A stretch of DNA of 64,000 nt from Narcine bancroftii. Lineage: Eukaryota. The notes under the pieces are model-generated. The model made no database searches and was not told the origin of the DNA. It was given only the letters and a program-made list of their open reading frames with translations. The position numbers and the translations under genes were made by a program. Shown piece after piece: positions 9,184-22,390 of this stretch. Location: NCBI RefSeq assembly GCF_036971445.1, contig NC_091473.1, forward strand, positions 210,924,001 through 210,988,000. The letters are read 5' to 3'. Every line of letters begins with the position of its first letter. Position 1 is the stretch's first letter.

Positions 9184-12100
9184 TGTGATGGTACACTGCA
9201 GTACATCACTTGGACAACAGGTGGATAAGCGACATAGCTTCTGGCCTATTGACACCTGACCCCCAGGTAGGCCCAAAGGGCTCATGGTATAAAGCCAAAG
9301 TCCCAACTGTGCTCTCTCTCTCTCCCCCAGGTTTACTGTAAGCACAGCTAGCAGCCAACTAGATATTTATGTGTGGAATAAAGCTGTGTTGCCCTAAACA
9401 GTATTGTGCCTGTGTTTTCCTTTGACACAGCCTGCCACAATTTATTCCACTCACATAAATATCTACCATATACCCCAGCAACAGGCAGGTTCTCCTAGTG
9501 TCCAATAATCACTCAGTGAAAGTAAAGGGTTACTGTGTGGTGCCAATAGAAATTAAAGGGATGGAGTATAGGGACTTCTGTCTGCTGGTCCTGGAACAGT
9601 TCTGCGTCACGGTGCTGTTGGGATTAGACTTCTAGTGCCAGCTGGAGAGCCTCATGGTAGTCCACAATGGACCACAGCCCCCCTAGTGCTTATGAGGCAA
9701 AAGCATTGTGCACTATTAATCCTTAATATCGAGCCCCATCCCTTATTTACCTACCGCACCCCAGACTAAACCATAGCCATAAATATCAGGAGGTACGGCC
9801 CCAGAGACCGAACTTTTATTAAAATGAAGACACGCCGAATGCTGCAGGAGGGCATCATTGAACCCAGCAGCAGCCCGTGGCGAGCCCAAGTAGTCGTAGC
9901 AAAGACAGGAGAGAAACTATGCTTAGAGGTCGACTACAGCCAGACCATTAATGTTCACACAGCTGGATGCATACCCTCTCCCCTGGATTAGCAAAATGGT
10001 GATTACGATAGCCCAGTATAAGGTCTTCTCCACCACCAACCTCAAGGCTGCATACCACCAGGTGCCTATCAGGAGGATCGTCCGGCCCTATATGGCATTT
10101 GAAGCCAATGGCCGACTCTATCAGTTCCTCCGACTCTCTTTCAGAGTAACTAACAGGGTATCACTGTTCCAGAGGGAAATGGACTGACTGGTGGATGACT
10201 ATAGCCTGGAGGCTATTTTCCCGTACTTGGACAATGTTACCATCTGCGGGCACTCAGTGAACAACCACAACACAAACCTAAAGAGATTCCTGGAGGCAGC
10301 CAAAGAACGCAACCTGACATACAATGAAGACAAGTGTGTGTTCGGAGCTAGGTAGCTGGCTTTGTTGGGTTACGTAGTACAGAACCGGGAGGTGGGACCA
10401 GATCCAGCTTGCATGCAGGCTCTGATGGACTTACCCATCCCCAGTATGCCTAAATCACTCAAAAGATGCCTGAGCTTATTTGCCTATTACACACAGTGGA
10501 TAACCCAGTATGCAGATAGGGCCCAGCCACTGATGAGAGCAAAAGAATTCCCTCTGCCCAGTAAGGCGGTCCAGGCATTTAACAGCCTGCACGACAACTT
10601 GGCACACATCACCATGAGGGCTGTGTGGTGAATGTCTGCCAAGCTGCCTGTCTCTCCCCTCTGGCAAGCCTTGCTGTACTAACATTGGCTGTGCATTATC
10701 TCTACTGATAAGGATACTCCTGTTAAGGACACTGTATATGCATCTATTGTCTTTCATTATAGTACCACGAGTTTCTACTAATAATAGCCATGATTATTTT
10801 TTGACCACATCGTCTTGGTCTACTTCATCAACTGGCACTTCAATTTTATTAGCAGAAATGGATGCAGCCCTCAACCCAGAGAGGCTAATAATCAACCAGT
10901 CTGCCCCGAGGGCCAAAGAAATTTTCAACCACTGGATTGGATTATTTCGATTACCACATGGCTCAAAACAATGTGGTCGATGAGGCGATACAGTAGGGCC
11001 ACCTGAACTCTGCTGAGTGAGGTCCCTTTTGCCATAATGCAAGGAGCTACCACTCCGGCTATAGCTCGGGAATGTCTGACTACTTACTATGCAGCGCCAC
11101 GGATTGTGGTGCTTGCTTGACACCATTTGCTGACTAGACGCCATTTGCTGACTAGACGCCAGAATCCCGGGGAAAGAGGTGCTGCTTAAGGCACTACATT
11201 CTATTCGGTCTTTATTGTGTACTGCAACAAATCAAACACCTCATGAACGTGTTTGCCTTTCCGAGGAAATCAGGAACTGTGATGGACTGGCCAGTCTGTT
11301 TATCTGAGCCTGGAATCGTGCTGCTGAAGGGCCATGCTCGGGCATGTAAAACAGACCACCGAGTCCAACCAGTTCAGCTACTGCATACTAACCCCAACTA
11401 CGCTCATGTTAGATTCCCAGACGGGAGTACTGACCCTGTACCCCTAAGAGATCTGGCCTTGCCTGGTTCGCCCCTTCCTCACAGCCCTACTCAGAGTGAG
11501 CCTGAGAAATTGGACGAACCCCCCCTCCCAGCCTGTGACCCCTAGTCAGCTTTCAGATGACCAAGCTGAGGCTCCACTGCCTCACGCTGGCGATTCTGGA
11601 GCGGGCCCAGAAGCCATTCCTTCCCAGACTACAGACCCAGGAACTGTACCAGTTCCCAAGGTTGCAAAGGAGCCACCTGTTTTGAGACAAAGCACCAGAA
11701 TTCGTAAACAACCTGAGAGGCTGACATATTCATAAAACATCTCATTATATTTCAATTGCTTGCTAGATACTGACATATTTTGGCTATTAGAGTATCTCAA
11801 GGCCAAACATGGTATCCATGTATCGCTTGCTTCAGTCTTTCCTAGCAGCTGTCCTTTTGATTTTAACCCTTCTTCTGCTGGGGAGACTGTGGTGAATGTC
11901 TGCCAAGCTGCCTGTCTCCCCCCTCTGGGGAGCCTTGCTGTACTAACATTGGCTGTGAATTATCTCTACTGTTAAGGACACTCCCCTTGGGTATAACTGT
12001 GTATGCACCAATTGTCATTATTGTACCATGAGTTTCTGCTAATAAAACCCATGATTATTGTTTGACCACATCATCTTTGTCTACTTCATCAACTGGCACT

Positions 12101-13617
12101 TCAGGCTGTAGACGAAACACTCCCCTTCCACCCTGAACCAGGAGGGACGCCCGGTGGCTTTCTTTTCTCAAATGCTGCAGGGCTTAGAAACCATGCACTT
12201 AGCAGTGGAGATAGAGGCCCAGGCCATAGTGGAGGCAGTAAGGCACTGGAAGCACTACCTGGTGGGCAGCCATTTTACACTGGTCACAGACCAACAGTCT
12301 GTAGCTTTCATGTTTGACAACCAGAACAAGGGGAAAATTAAGAATGATAAAATGTTACGTTGGATGATTGAACTGTCTACTTACTCGTATGACATCTGAA
12401 TCCGCCCGCTAAGTTAAATGAACCCCCGGATGCACTGTCCAGGGATGCTTGCATGACCACTCAACACATATCCCAGCTGCAGAACATTCACAGCGAGCTG
12501 GGGCACCCCAGAGTGACCAGGATGTTTCACTTCATTAAGAACGCCAACCTGCCATTCTCGGCAGAAGTGGTAAGGACTACTACAAAGGGTTGTCGTATAT
12601 GTGTGGAATGCAAACCACAGTTCTACCGCCCACCTGAGGCAGACCTTATCAAATCCACCTGGCCATTAGAGCATTTCAGTATTGATTTTAAAGGCCCCCT
12701 CCCGTCCACCAATAACAACTGTTACTTCCTCACTGTGATAGATAAGTTCTCCTGGTTCCCCTTCGCCATCCCCTGCGCAGATGTGTCCACGGCAGCAGTA
12801 ATAATGTGCCTGAAACCCATCTTCATCATGTGTGGATACCCTAACTATATCCACACAGGGGGGGGGGGGGGGGGGGAAAGCCTTCATGAGTGCCGAGCTG
12901 CAGCAATACTTCTGAGAGAGGGGGATTGCTACCAGCCGCACCACAAGCTACAACCCCCAAGGGAATGGGCAAGTAGAGAGGGAGAATGGTACCATTTGGA
13001 AGATGGTCCTTCTGGTATTAAAGTCAAAGGACCTCCCTGGTATCCAGGTGGCAGGAAGTGTTACCCAAGACGTTACACGTGATATGCTTGTTATTGTGTA
13101 CTGCCATAAACATGACCGCACATGACAGAATTTTCTCTTTTACAAAGAAATCGACCCTGAGCTCGGAGATGACACATTGGATGATCTCACTGGGCCCGGT
13201 GCTGATCAAGAAACATGGCCCAGTGCTGATCAAGAAACATGGCACGAGATGGACCCTCTGGTCGAGAAGGGAGAGCTGATCCACGCAAACCAAAACTATG
13301 CATTTGTGACTTTCCCTGTGTGAGCAATACCAGGACGTTTTAAAGGGGGTGAATGTGATGATACACTGTAGTACATCACTCGGCCAACAGGTTGCCTTGA
13401 GACACAGCACCCGATCTAATGACATTCGACCACCAGGTGGGCCCAGAGGGCCCATGGTATAAAGCCTAGGTCTTGACCATGTGCTCGCTCTCTCTCTCTC
13501 CCCCGGGATCTCTGTAAGGACAGCTAGCAGGCAATGAGATATTTATGTGAGTGGAATAAAGCTGTGTTTCCCCAAACAGTATTGCGCCTGTGTTTTCCTT
13601 TGGCACAGCCTGCCACA
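9184..13617 (+). mobile_element. Ty3/Gypsy LTR retrotransposon, gag-deleted and decayed
   Basis: LTRs 9184-9439 and 13354-13617; PPT AAAGGGGGTGAA; RT (LDAYPLP, YLDN), RNase H (EAVRHWKHYL), IN (SIDFKGPLP). Confidence 0.9.
10624..12103 (+). mobile_element. Nested non-autonomous Gypsy element (1.48 kb)
   Basis: LTRs 10624-10842 and 11888-12103; perfect TSD GGCTG; gag start MDAALNPERL joined to IN C-terminal remnant (VQLLHTNPNYAHVRFPDG). Confidence 0.92.
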
Positions 13618-14849
13618 GAATGATGCCGCAATCTGTCTGGTTGCAGTTTGCTGTTCTAAGAAGGTCATGTGATTTTGCAAGCAGTGAGAGACAGAGGAGA
13701 CCAAACATGCTTTCTCTAAGAGAGAGAGAACAGGCTTCTGCAGTCATGGCAAGCTGGCAGCTTGTTTAAAAACCCCATTTTGAAGACAGGTAGTGAGTTC
13801 TGAGTTCAGCCTATTCAAAACCCTTGTGGTCCATACAAGAGGAAAAGGTGGCTAGAGTGTTTCACCTGAAATAAGGGAAACAGAAACAAACTCTGTGGTG
13901 ACCTGTAGAAGAAGAGATTACCATTTAGAAAAGCCTGATGGGGAAAATTTCTTCGGCTAGATACTGAAGTGGCTGATCAGAAGGAATCAGTTAATGTGAA
14001 TCCAACGAGCAACAATCTCTCTCTGAAACCAACAAGAACCTTCCTGAGCAGTAAACAATTACTTTTAAACACCAGAGCTTGGTAAAAAGTCATAAATGTT
14101 AAATTCTATGCATAGTATAAGAATTTCCTGATATCAGTGAACTTGGAGGAGTGAGAATTGAGATTGGACTGTGAATCAAAGAACTTTTCTGAACTTATAC
14201 ACATTACATACACGTGCACTTAGAATTAGAAGGTGGTTAAGTTAGATTAAATTAAGGTAATAGTATTAAGTTAAAGTTTGATCCTGTTGTTTTTAATGTT
14301 TAAAGAAAATTTTTAAAAACTACTTTTGTTTAAGTAACCATTTGTCTTGGTGAATTTCTATTGCTGCTGGGTTTTGGGGTCCTCTGGGCCTGTTAAGAGT
14401 ACTTTCTTAAAGATCTGCAGGCCTACTTGAACTAAATAGGGGCACAGTTGTTATGTAAATTGTCCTGCCCTCCCCATTCTCCCCTCCATTGGTGAGGGAG
14501 TGGAGGGTGGGGGGGGGGTCCAACCTATTCCAGCCAGGGAAAGCTACAGAAAAAGGAAGGCAGCCTATGTGCTGAATGCCGTGACTCAACAAACCCATAA
14601 TTCCCCAAATATAACTTTTGTACCTTTGTTGTGAGTGTCTTGGTCATTATGTGTAAGTATAATTAGTTTGGCATTAAGTGTTTAATATCAGGGGGAAAGG
14701 GGATGAAAAATAAACAGTCAAACTCCACGACAGGAGTGTAAGGAATTAACAAATACGAAATGTAATTAATGTGGATATTGTTGATAATGATATTGATAAA
14801 TGTTGGAGTTTGTGTGGAAAAACTACAAATAAAATATTTAAAAAAAATC

Positions 14850-15600
14850 CCCAATGTACCTGAGGAAGTTGTTACAGGACAAATGTGAATTCAAGTGCAC
14901 AGACAACCACGAGGAAGAAAGGGGATGACTGAAGTTCATTCTAACTACAGACCAGAACTTTGACGCATCCAGAAAGACAAACATTTCCACAGATGCTTCA
15001 AAAGATAGAATAGGTGCGGTATTACTGCAGGCCGTGGGGGAAGATCGGAGGCCAGTAGCATATGCAACAAGAATGATGACCACATCTGACTGTTGATATG
15101 CACAGATTGAGAAAGAGAGAGTCTAAGTCTGGTCTATGCACTCAAGAAATTTCACAGTTATGTGTATGCTCTACCAACATTTGTGGCAGAGACAAACCAC
15201 AAGCCATTAATAGCAATAATCAAGAAACATCTCAGTGAAATGTCACTGAGAATCCAAAGACTGATAATAAAGCTACAACATTATGACTTTGAACTCGTGT
15301 ACACAGGAGTAAACTTATTGTGCTGGCTGATGTGTTATCTAGGGCAATGACACAGAGTGAAGCACACAATGAGAGTTCCACAGAGACAGATGTGAATCTG
15401 ATCACTGAATCTCTTCCCATACCTGACATGAAATCCAAGCAGATCACAGATGAAACAGAAAAGAACACAGTTCTACAGAAACTCATTAAGGATTTGATTG
15501 AAAAATGGCTTAGAGGTGAATGTCAGCCATACTGCAACATCAGATATAAGCTGAATGCTTTCAATGGTCTTCTATTCAGACAGAGCAGTACTGTGACTTG
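14850..15600 (+). mobile_element. Gypsy RT/RNase H fragment
   Basis: STDASKDRIGAVLLQ, ETNHKPLIAIIKK..RIQRL, LADVLSRA; carries the empty ERV target site AAGT at 14866-14869. Confidence 0.85.
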
Positions 15601-15882
15601 CTCAAAGGTTGTCAGCAATTCGGGGGCATTGTGTAGTGGGCCAAGTGATTGCGTGGTTAGACAGGCTGAATTGTCGCCCCATTCAGTTGGAACAAGGTGG
15701 GTCAGGCCCCCTTCCGAAGACTGCGTTTGGCAACACGTGAGTGGAGTGGGAGGAAAGGAGAGGGAGGGATCGGGATAGAGAATGACCAGGGGAGATGGTT
15801 CACGGAAGTTGTTAATGCTGTCTGGTTTGAGAGTGCCAAGATAGAATACATGGTGCTGTTTCCCCAATTTGGTGGTGTACTT

Positions 15883-16919
15883 TGTGGCAGATTATAGATA
15901 TGTTTTTGGGAGATAAATTGGGCAGGTTTTGTAGTGTAGGTCACATATAAACACTTTAAAACAGGTCTTATTTAAAATACTGGAGCTCTGCTCATGCTAG
16001 ACAGTCTGACTTCAATAGCCTTTGCAAAAGCTTTGTAGAGTGCCCGAGAGACTTCACTAATAGATTGTTGTTTGCAAAAAGGCAACAAATGAAAGAACTA
16101 ATCGGAGCTGCAGGCTGTCTGGAGTGGTACTTTCTGTTCTAACAGGGTCATGTGGTTTTGCAAGCAGAGAGAAAAACACACACTTTTTCTCTGAGAGAGA
16201 GAGAGAGAGAGAGTGACAGCATTTAGTTCCGCAGTGTGACAGTCAGCAGCAGGAGCTGGACTGGAACAGGACAAGATGGAAAGCTTGTAGTAAAACCCCA
16301 TTTGGAAGATGGGTTGTGACTGCTTAGTTCAACCTGGTCAAAGCCCTTGTGGTTTATGCAAGGGAAGAGGACTGGCTGTCTAATGTTCCACTTGAAATAA
16401 GTGAAACAGAAAGGAACTCTGTGGTGACCTGAAAGAAAGAGGTTATCATCTGGAAAACCCTGATGGGGCAGGTTTCTTCAGCAAGACATTGAAGTGGCTG
16501 ATCGGAAGGAATCAGCTGTGGGTGTCGAGCAAACAACAAATATCTCTGAAAACTGACAAGAGTCTTCCTGAATGGTAATAATTTACCTTTCAAGCACCAA
16601 AGCCTGGTGAACTTATAAAAGTTAACTTCTCTACACAGTATAAGAATTGCCTGCAACCAGTAAATTTGGAGGAATGAGAACTGAGATTTGACTGTGAATC
16701 AAAGAACCCTAACCCTTTCTGAACTTACATACACATTACATCAGCGTGGACTTAGAATTAGAATGGGGTTAATTTAGGTTAGTTAAGTTTAAATAATAAG
16801 TTGAAGTTTGATCCTGTTTTCATGTTTAAAGATACTAAAAGCAACTTTTGTTTAAGTAACCATTTGTCTTGGTGAGTATCTATTGCTGCTGGGTTTCGGG
16901 GTCCTCTGGGCTCATACCA
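15883..16919 (+). repeat. Gmr1-like solo LTR inserted in a Penelope fragment
   Basis: TG...CA with perfect TSD ACTT; Penelope-like frame on the minus strand resumes on both sides. Confidence 0.85.
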
Positions 16920-17299
16920 ACTTGGTTTAACAGTGCATGAGGCCATAGATAAATATGTCCATGTGGAAAGAGTGTTTGGTATTGAAACAAAAGTTGTACC
17001 TGGGATTGAGGTGATTACCCACTTGCACCCTGGATGAGTTCTAGAATCATCTCCCCTGGAAGAGACACCGTGACTACCTCTCCTTATCCAAGCTCCCCCT
17101 CCCCCAATGTGTGTGTGTGTTTGTGAGAGTGTGTGTATATACCATCATCCAGAGTTACAACTAGGTGCATGTATTCAGTCAGATAATAATGAAGTTGAAC
17201 TTGAACTGGGGAGAGAATTGATTCACTTATGGCCAATGTTGTGCGTGGAGGAACTGGAGTCAGGATAAGTGTAAAGGAAAGGTATTCACTCTGATTATG

Positions 17300-18600
17300 A
17301 GTGGGCCATTTGCCTTCATTAGTCAGGGACTGAGTTCAAGAGCAGCGAGATAACATTGTTCAACAAAACTCTGGTAAGGCCACACTTAGAGTATCATTTG
17401 TCAGTGATGATCGCCTCAGTATTGGAAAGATGTCAATGCTTTAGAGAGGGTGCAGATGGGGCTTACGAGCATGTTGCCTGTTTGGAGAATGTGTCATATG
17501 AAGCAAGGCTGACAGAGCTCAGGGTTTTCTCTTTGGAGCGACCAAGGATGAGAGGAATTCAAGAATATGAGGGGAAGAGATAGGGTGCACAGCCAGTTTA
17601 AGATGGCAGCGCTGCCAGTAGTGCAGCAGCTGGTGCAGACCTGTGGGGAATGGAGATACAGTGCTCACATGGCGTCCAGCAGCTCAGTCAACTACCGTCA
17701 GCTCTGCACGGGCTTTGAATGGCCCGTTGAGGGATCTGAAGGTGGTTTTCGTTGAAATTCCCCGACCGGAGGTCTGCACCCAAGTTGGCGGCACCTATTG
17801 ATCAGCAGCAGCCACGAGGGGCTACAGAGGCCGAAGGATCAGAGGACTGGAGCAAAGCATCAAAGGACAGGAAGATCACGCACCATCTGAGAGGGAAAAA
17901 ACAGAGGAGATGGCCATAGGGGACAATGACACAGTGTGGGGGGGGGGGGGAAATTCAGCATGGGGGCTCTGTGGCTGAGGGACCAGTGCATGCAGCGATC
18001 TGCTGGTGACTGGAGGTGAGGATTGAATTTGCTGGAAGTGAGGAGCTGCCAAGGGTGCTGAAGTTTTCCTGCCCATGGCGGAAGTTCGGATCTGCAGCTC
18101 AGGTTGCTGAACTCTGTGTGGAAGCGGGGGCTGGAGGTGAATCTACGGATAATCGGTGACTCTGAGGGAATTCTCTTTTGCTTCTCTCTCTGACTTACTG
18201 TAAGAAGCCTTTAGGCAATTCCTGCCAGTAGTGAATCTGTCTGCCTTGCAACAGGTAAAAAGACATTACACGTAACATGACACTGTTTTATTACTGTGAC
18301 AATAAATTGAAACTTGAAACCATTTACCCAGCTCAGCAAATGGCCAATTCCAGAGAACATCAATTTAAGACAACTGGAGGGAAGTTTAGGGTAAGTTATT
18401 TTATGCAGACTGGTGGATGCCTAGAATCCCTTGCTGGGGTTGGCATTGGAGGCTTCTGGAAGACCAACATCCAAAAGAAGAAAAGTAGAGGACTTTGTGG
18501 TGAGGGAGGGAAGGGTTAGATTGTTGTGGAGTAGGTTTACTTCAATTGGTATAACATCATGGGCTGAGGGGCCTGCACTATGCTGGAACGTTCCATGTTG
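17300..18600 (+). mobile_element. CR1 LINE 3' fragment split by a ~720 bp retroposon-like insert (~17597-18321)
   Basis: KTLVRPHLEY..SYEARL..FSLERPRMRG; insert starts AAGATGGC and ends AATAAATTGAAACTTGAAAC; mirrored at ~61380-62600. Confidence 0.6.
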
Positions 18601-20058
18601 TAGAGTCCTGGACGCTGGGTATTCAGGGCAGTGAACAGTGAAGTGTGGAAACAGATTCCAATCACACACGAGGAGAATTGTATTGTTTATTCCTCTCAGG
18701 TGACAAAATGTCACCACAAAACCATCAGACCCATAACATAACGTTTTACAAAGGGAAGAGGGAGTGGTGCAATTTAACCTCAATATAACGGTGAAAATCA
18801 AATTACAACCCACATTAACAACTTCCCACCAGATTCTGGCACAGAACCTGCTCCACAAACCTGGAACTTTCCCGGCTTCAGTCCGGTCCCCTCCCTGCAT
18901 CCTAAACCCCCATCCACTAAGTCGGTCTACTCCCTACGCACTGAGCATAGACCCGATTCCTGACGCGGTCCCCGTGTGGAACTTCAGCAAGGGAGATAGC
19001 CGCGTTTTTTCCCACAATGCAACGGGCGCCTGAAACCATACAAACGAGCAAAACAGCAACTAAAGCACGAGACCTCATTCAATGACATCATCATGCACCT
19101 TCAACTATTGGCCTACTTACATCCTCGGACACGCCTCCAGGCCAATCATCACACATTCTCCCCATCGGTTTCGGAAATAGATAATGTCAATCATGCTCCC
19201 TCGCACTTTGACAGGGAGGCAGACCGCGCATCTTTTGTAAGTAAATACATAGAAATAGTGGAGAATCTCAGGAGGTCCCGCAGCGTCCACAGGAGCTAAA
19301 AATCTATTCTCGATGCGGCGGGTGAGAACCCTTAAGAGAAAAAGTAACTTCTCATCCCCCAGCACCACTGGCTGTAGCCGGAGATCAGCGAAAACATGAT
19401 GCTCGAACTTCCACACTCTTCCCCCGCCCCTTCCCCTCCCCTCGACAGCCTGGAATAGATTTCTTCCAGTGCAGGAACTGGTCCATTTTCACAGGATCTG
19501 AATTCAGATACCTTCTCTCCTCCAATGTTTATCCTATCTAATTACTCATCCCCGTCCTCCGGATGAAGGCACCGGTTGGGAACAACGACGCTCTCACGCT
19601 CCGCTTTCACACAGGTCGAAGCTCTCCCTCCGTCTCCTGCTACCCGTAAATAATTTTAGAATTCATCATTTTTGTCTTTTGTGTACATTTCAATTGCTTT
19701 TCATTTGCGTTACAACATCGGCCTGCCTCTAGTTTCCTGATTGAATTAAAACACCCCCACAATATCCTCCACAATTCCGTGCTTTCACCTGTGTTCAATG
19801 ACAGTGGGAACTTCACCGGTTCGGCTCCGATTCCCCGTTCGCAGTGACCCGGACAGAGAGAGCGACTTCTGATTGGTGGAGCGAGGCGCTGGGATTTGTT
19901 TGCTCGGGTATCCAACCAGAACTGTCACCGCAAAATACATCACCAATGACAATCCTTTCTATCTCCAATCCCTTATTAGCATGGGGCGACGGGGCTGCCT
20001 ATTTAACCTGCGCTCTCAGATGTTGTGGTTATTTCAGTGTTTGAAGGTGATCGAGGAA

Positions 20059-20433
20059 ATGCCTGAGCAGCAGAAACCAGCTCCCAAGAAGGGCGCCAAG
20101 AAAGCCTTGGCCAAACCAGCAGGCAAGGCCGGTAAGAAGCGCAGGAGGGTGAGGAAGGAGAGTTACTCCATCTACATCTACAAGGTGATGAAGCAGGTTC
20201 ATCCCGACACCGGGATCTCCTCCAAGGCCATGAGCATCATGAACTCGTTCGTTAACGATATTTTCGAGCGCATCGCGGGCGAGGCTTCCCGCCTGGCCCA
20301 TTACAACAAGAGGTCAACCATCAGTTCCCGGGAGATCCAGACCGCCGTGCGCCTGCTGCTACCCGGGGAGTTGGCCAAACACGCCGTGTCGGAAGGGACA
20401 AAGGCGGTGACCAAGTACACCAGCTCCAAGTAA
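20059..20433 (+). CDS. H2B: Histone H2B, intact, 124 aa
   Basis: [15 protein letters not shown]...[26 protein letters not shown]...TKYTSSK; upstream CCAAT boxes, ATTAGCAT octamer-like site and TATTTAA. Confidence 0.97.
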   Translation: MPEQQKPAPKKGAKKALAKPAGKAGKKRRRVRKESYSIYIYKVMKQVHPDTGISSKAMSIMNSFVNDIFERIAGEASRLAHYNKRSTISSREIQTAVRLLLPGELAKHAVSEGTKAVTKYTSSK

Positions 20434-20473
20434 AGCTCCACAGGGAACTGACCAGACAGACAGAAAACCCAAC

Positions 20474-20489
20474 GGCTCTTTTAAGAGCC
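20474..20489 (+). terminator. Histone 3' stem-loop (H2B)
   Basis: GGCTCTTTTAAGAGCC followed by purine-rich downstream element. Confidence 0.95.
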
Positions 20490-21268
20490 ACTCACAGTCT
20501 CACTGAAAGTGTTGTACCACAGTTTCCATAATAATTTCCGAGCGATTGATTATCCTGAAATTTCTGCTTAACGTGTTTATTCTCACAGTTTATGTTGATC
20601 CAAGTTTGCGGTTTCAGTGTGGCCTATTTCTGGTGTCGCTGTCGAATTCCTGCCCCCGAAAGGGCCACGGAAACGTTATCACGGTTATAAAACATTTTGA
20701 CAATCGGGAGTGATTAATGTGGGCAAAATACAAGCGTTTTCACTGTTTAATTGCTACTGTGGGCGCGTTCTATGATCTGAACCCCCGCATGATGTTACTG
20801 CCCCGAACGCCACCCTTGATCAGTCTGTTCACGTTCTTTTCCCGGAGGGACATTTAAGGCTAATTAATGCTGAGAATCGTTTCCTTTCCTGCATCTGTTA
20901 CTTCTTGAAATAAATCGGGTAATTGTTCACAGCGATTCTCGGGATATGAATACACACGATGTAAATGTGTCGTGATTGATCACTGATGAGCAGAAATCAC
21001 GCCAACAATCAGATTCACAACAACTTGTTTTCAGACTCTGCACAGATGAAATTTCACGGCCTTTTCACATTTCGGCGATTGGGGAAACCGGCCGTTATTC
21101 TCCCCGTTCAACGAGCTGCCGCCTGTTCATTGGTTGCTCTCGGAATGGGGACCTCGCTCAGCCAATGACAGTGAGCACTGAAGGTCCAATCATCAGGCTC
21201 CCTTTCCATTCCTCCAAAAGGTACAAGAAGGGCGACTGCGACGTTAGCTTTTTATTGGTAGTGAGTGA

Positions 21269-21667
<399 letters not shown>

Positions 21668-21696
21668 AGCGGCACGAAGTGAACCCAGTGACCAAA

Positions 21697-21712
21697 GGCT
21701 CTTTTCAGAGCC
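21697..21712 (+). terminator. Histone 3' stem-loop (H2A)
   Basis: GGCTCTTTTCAGAGCC. Confidence 0.95.
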
Positions 21713-22390
21713 ACTGACAGTGTCTGGAAGGGCTGACCAGGCTGGGGAGAGCGGGGGGAACGAGTTATACGTAAAATTTTTCATACATATATTTAGGCAA
21801 GTTTCTTGGCCGAATTGAACGGAGAATGGTTGGGACCGAAACAGAATTAAGGTTTAAGCATTTCTCCTCAGTTCATATTCCGACACGGATGACGTTGACT
21901 TGGCTGAACTACATTCTTCAGGACAATTAAACCAGCAACAGGATAAATCCGTACGAAAAACAAGTGGCTGGAAATGGGGACGGGTGTGCAGGATGTTGTC
22001 TGATTCAGGAACCACCTGACGGGAGGAAAAACGGAGCCCGGCCACCGGGGTCAGAAGGGACTGAGTAGCCGATTCCGTGGCATTTTATCAAAAACAATCA
22101 GCTTTCTTCTTAGTAGGTAACTACCAAGGAGAATATAAAATGACATTTAACACACCCAGACCAATATCACAGATTGGGAGGGAGGAGGAGGATCATTGGG
22201 GATTTCCATAGAAATGCTCCAGACCGACAAGGAGTGTAAATTCTGGTGAGAAGCAGTGATGACTGCACTGTTTTAATAGAAGCCCTGCAGATACAGAAAC
22301 AAATTTGGGTCGAGAATGGTACTGCTCATTCCATTGTCAGGATAGTGGGTTGGAAAAGAGCCTTTCTGGTACTTGGTGCCGAGACCGAGT

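Larger units (their letters stand above)
8930..14398 (+). repeat. Gmr1-like solo LTR interrupted by Gypsy insertion 9184-13617
   Basis: Starts TGTGACAGATT, ends GGGGTCCTCTGGGCCTGTTAAGA; homologous to 15883-16919; flanks ATAC/GTAC. Confidence 0.7.

Noticed and set aside
11122-11162. Short direct repeats (19 bp x2 here; 24 bp x2 at ~13193-13243; 21 bp x2 at ~46610-46655; 15 bp x3 at ~48872-48924)
   Set aside because: Simple slippage duplications without spacers; not CRISPR-like
12858-12876. Long G runs (also ~17937, ~26042, ~38472)
   Set aside because: Homopolymer expansions or sequencing noise within decayed elements
18840-19200. CpG-rich block conserved in both arms, considered as ncRNA or tRNA
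   Set aside because: No cloverleaf, A/B box or snRNA signature recognised; similarity is explained by the duplication
19873-20058. 62-aa N-terminal extension of H2B in the ORF track
   Set aside because: Starts at GTG and runs through the CCAAT/TATA promoter; the real start is ATG 20059
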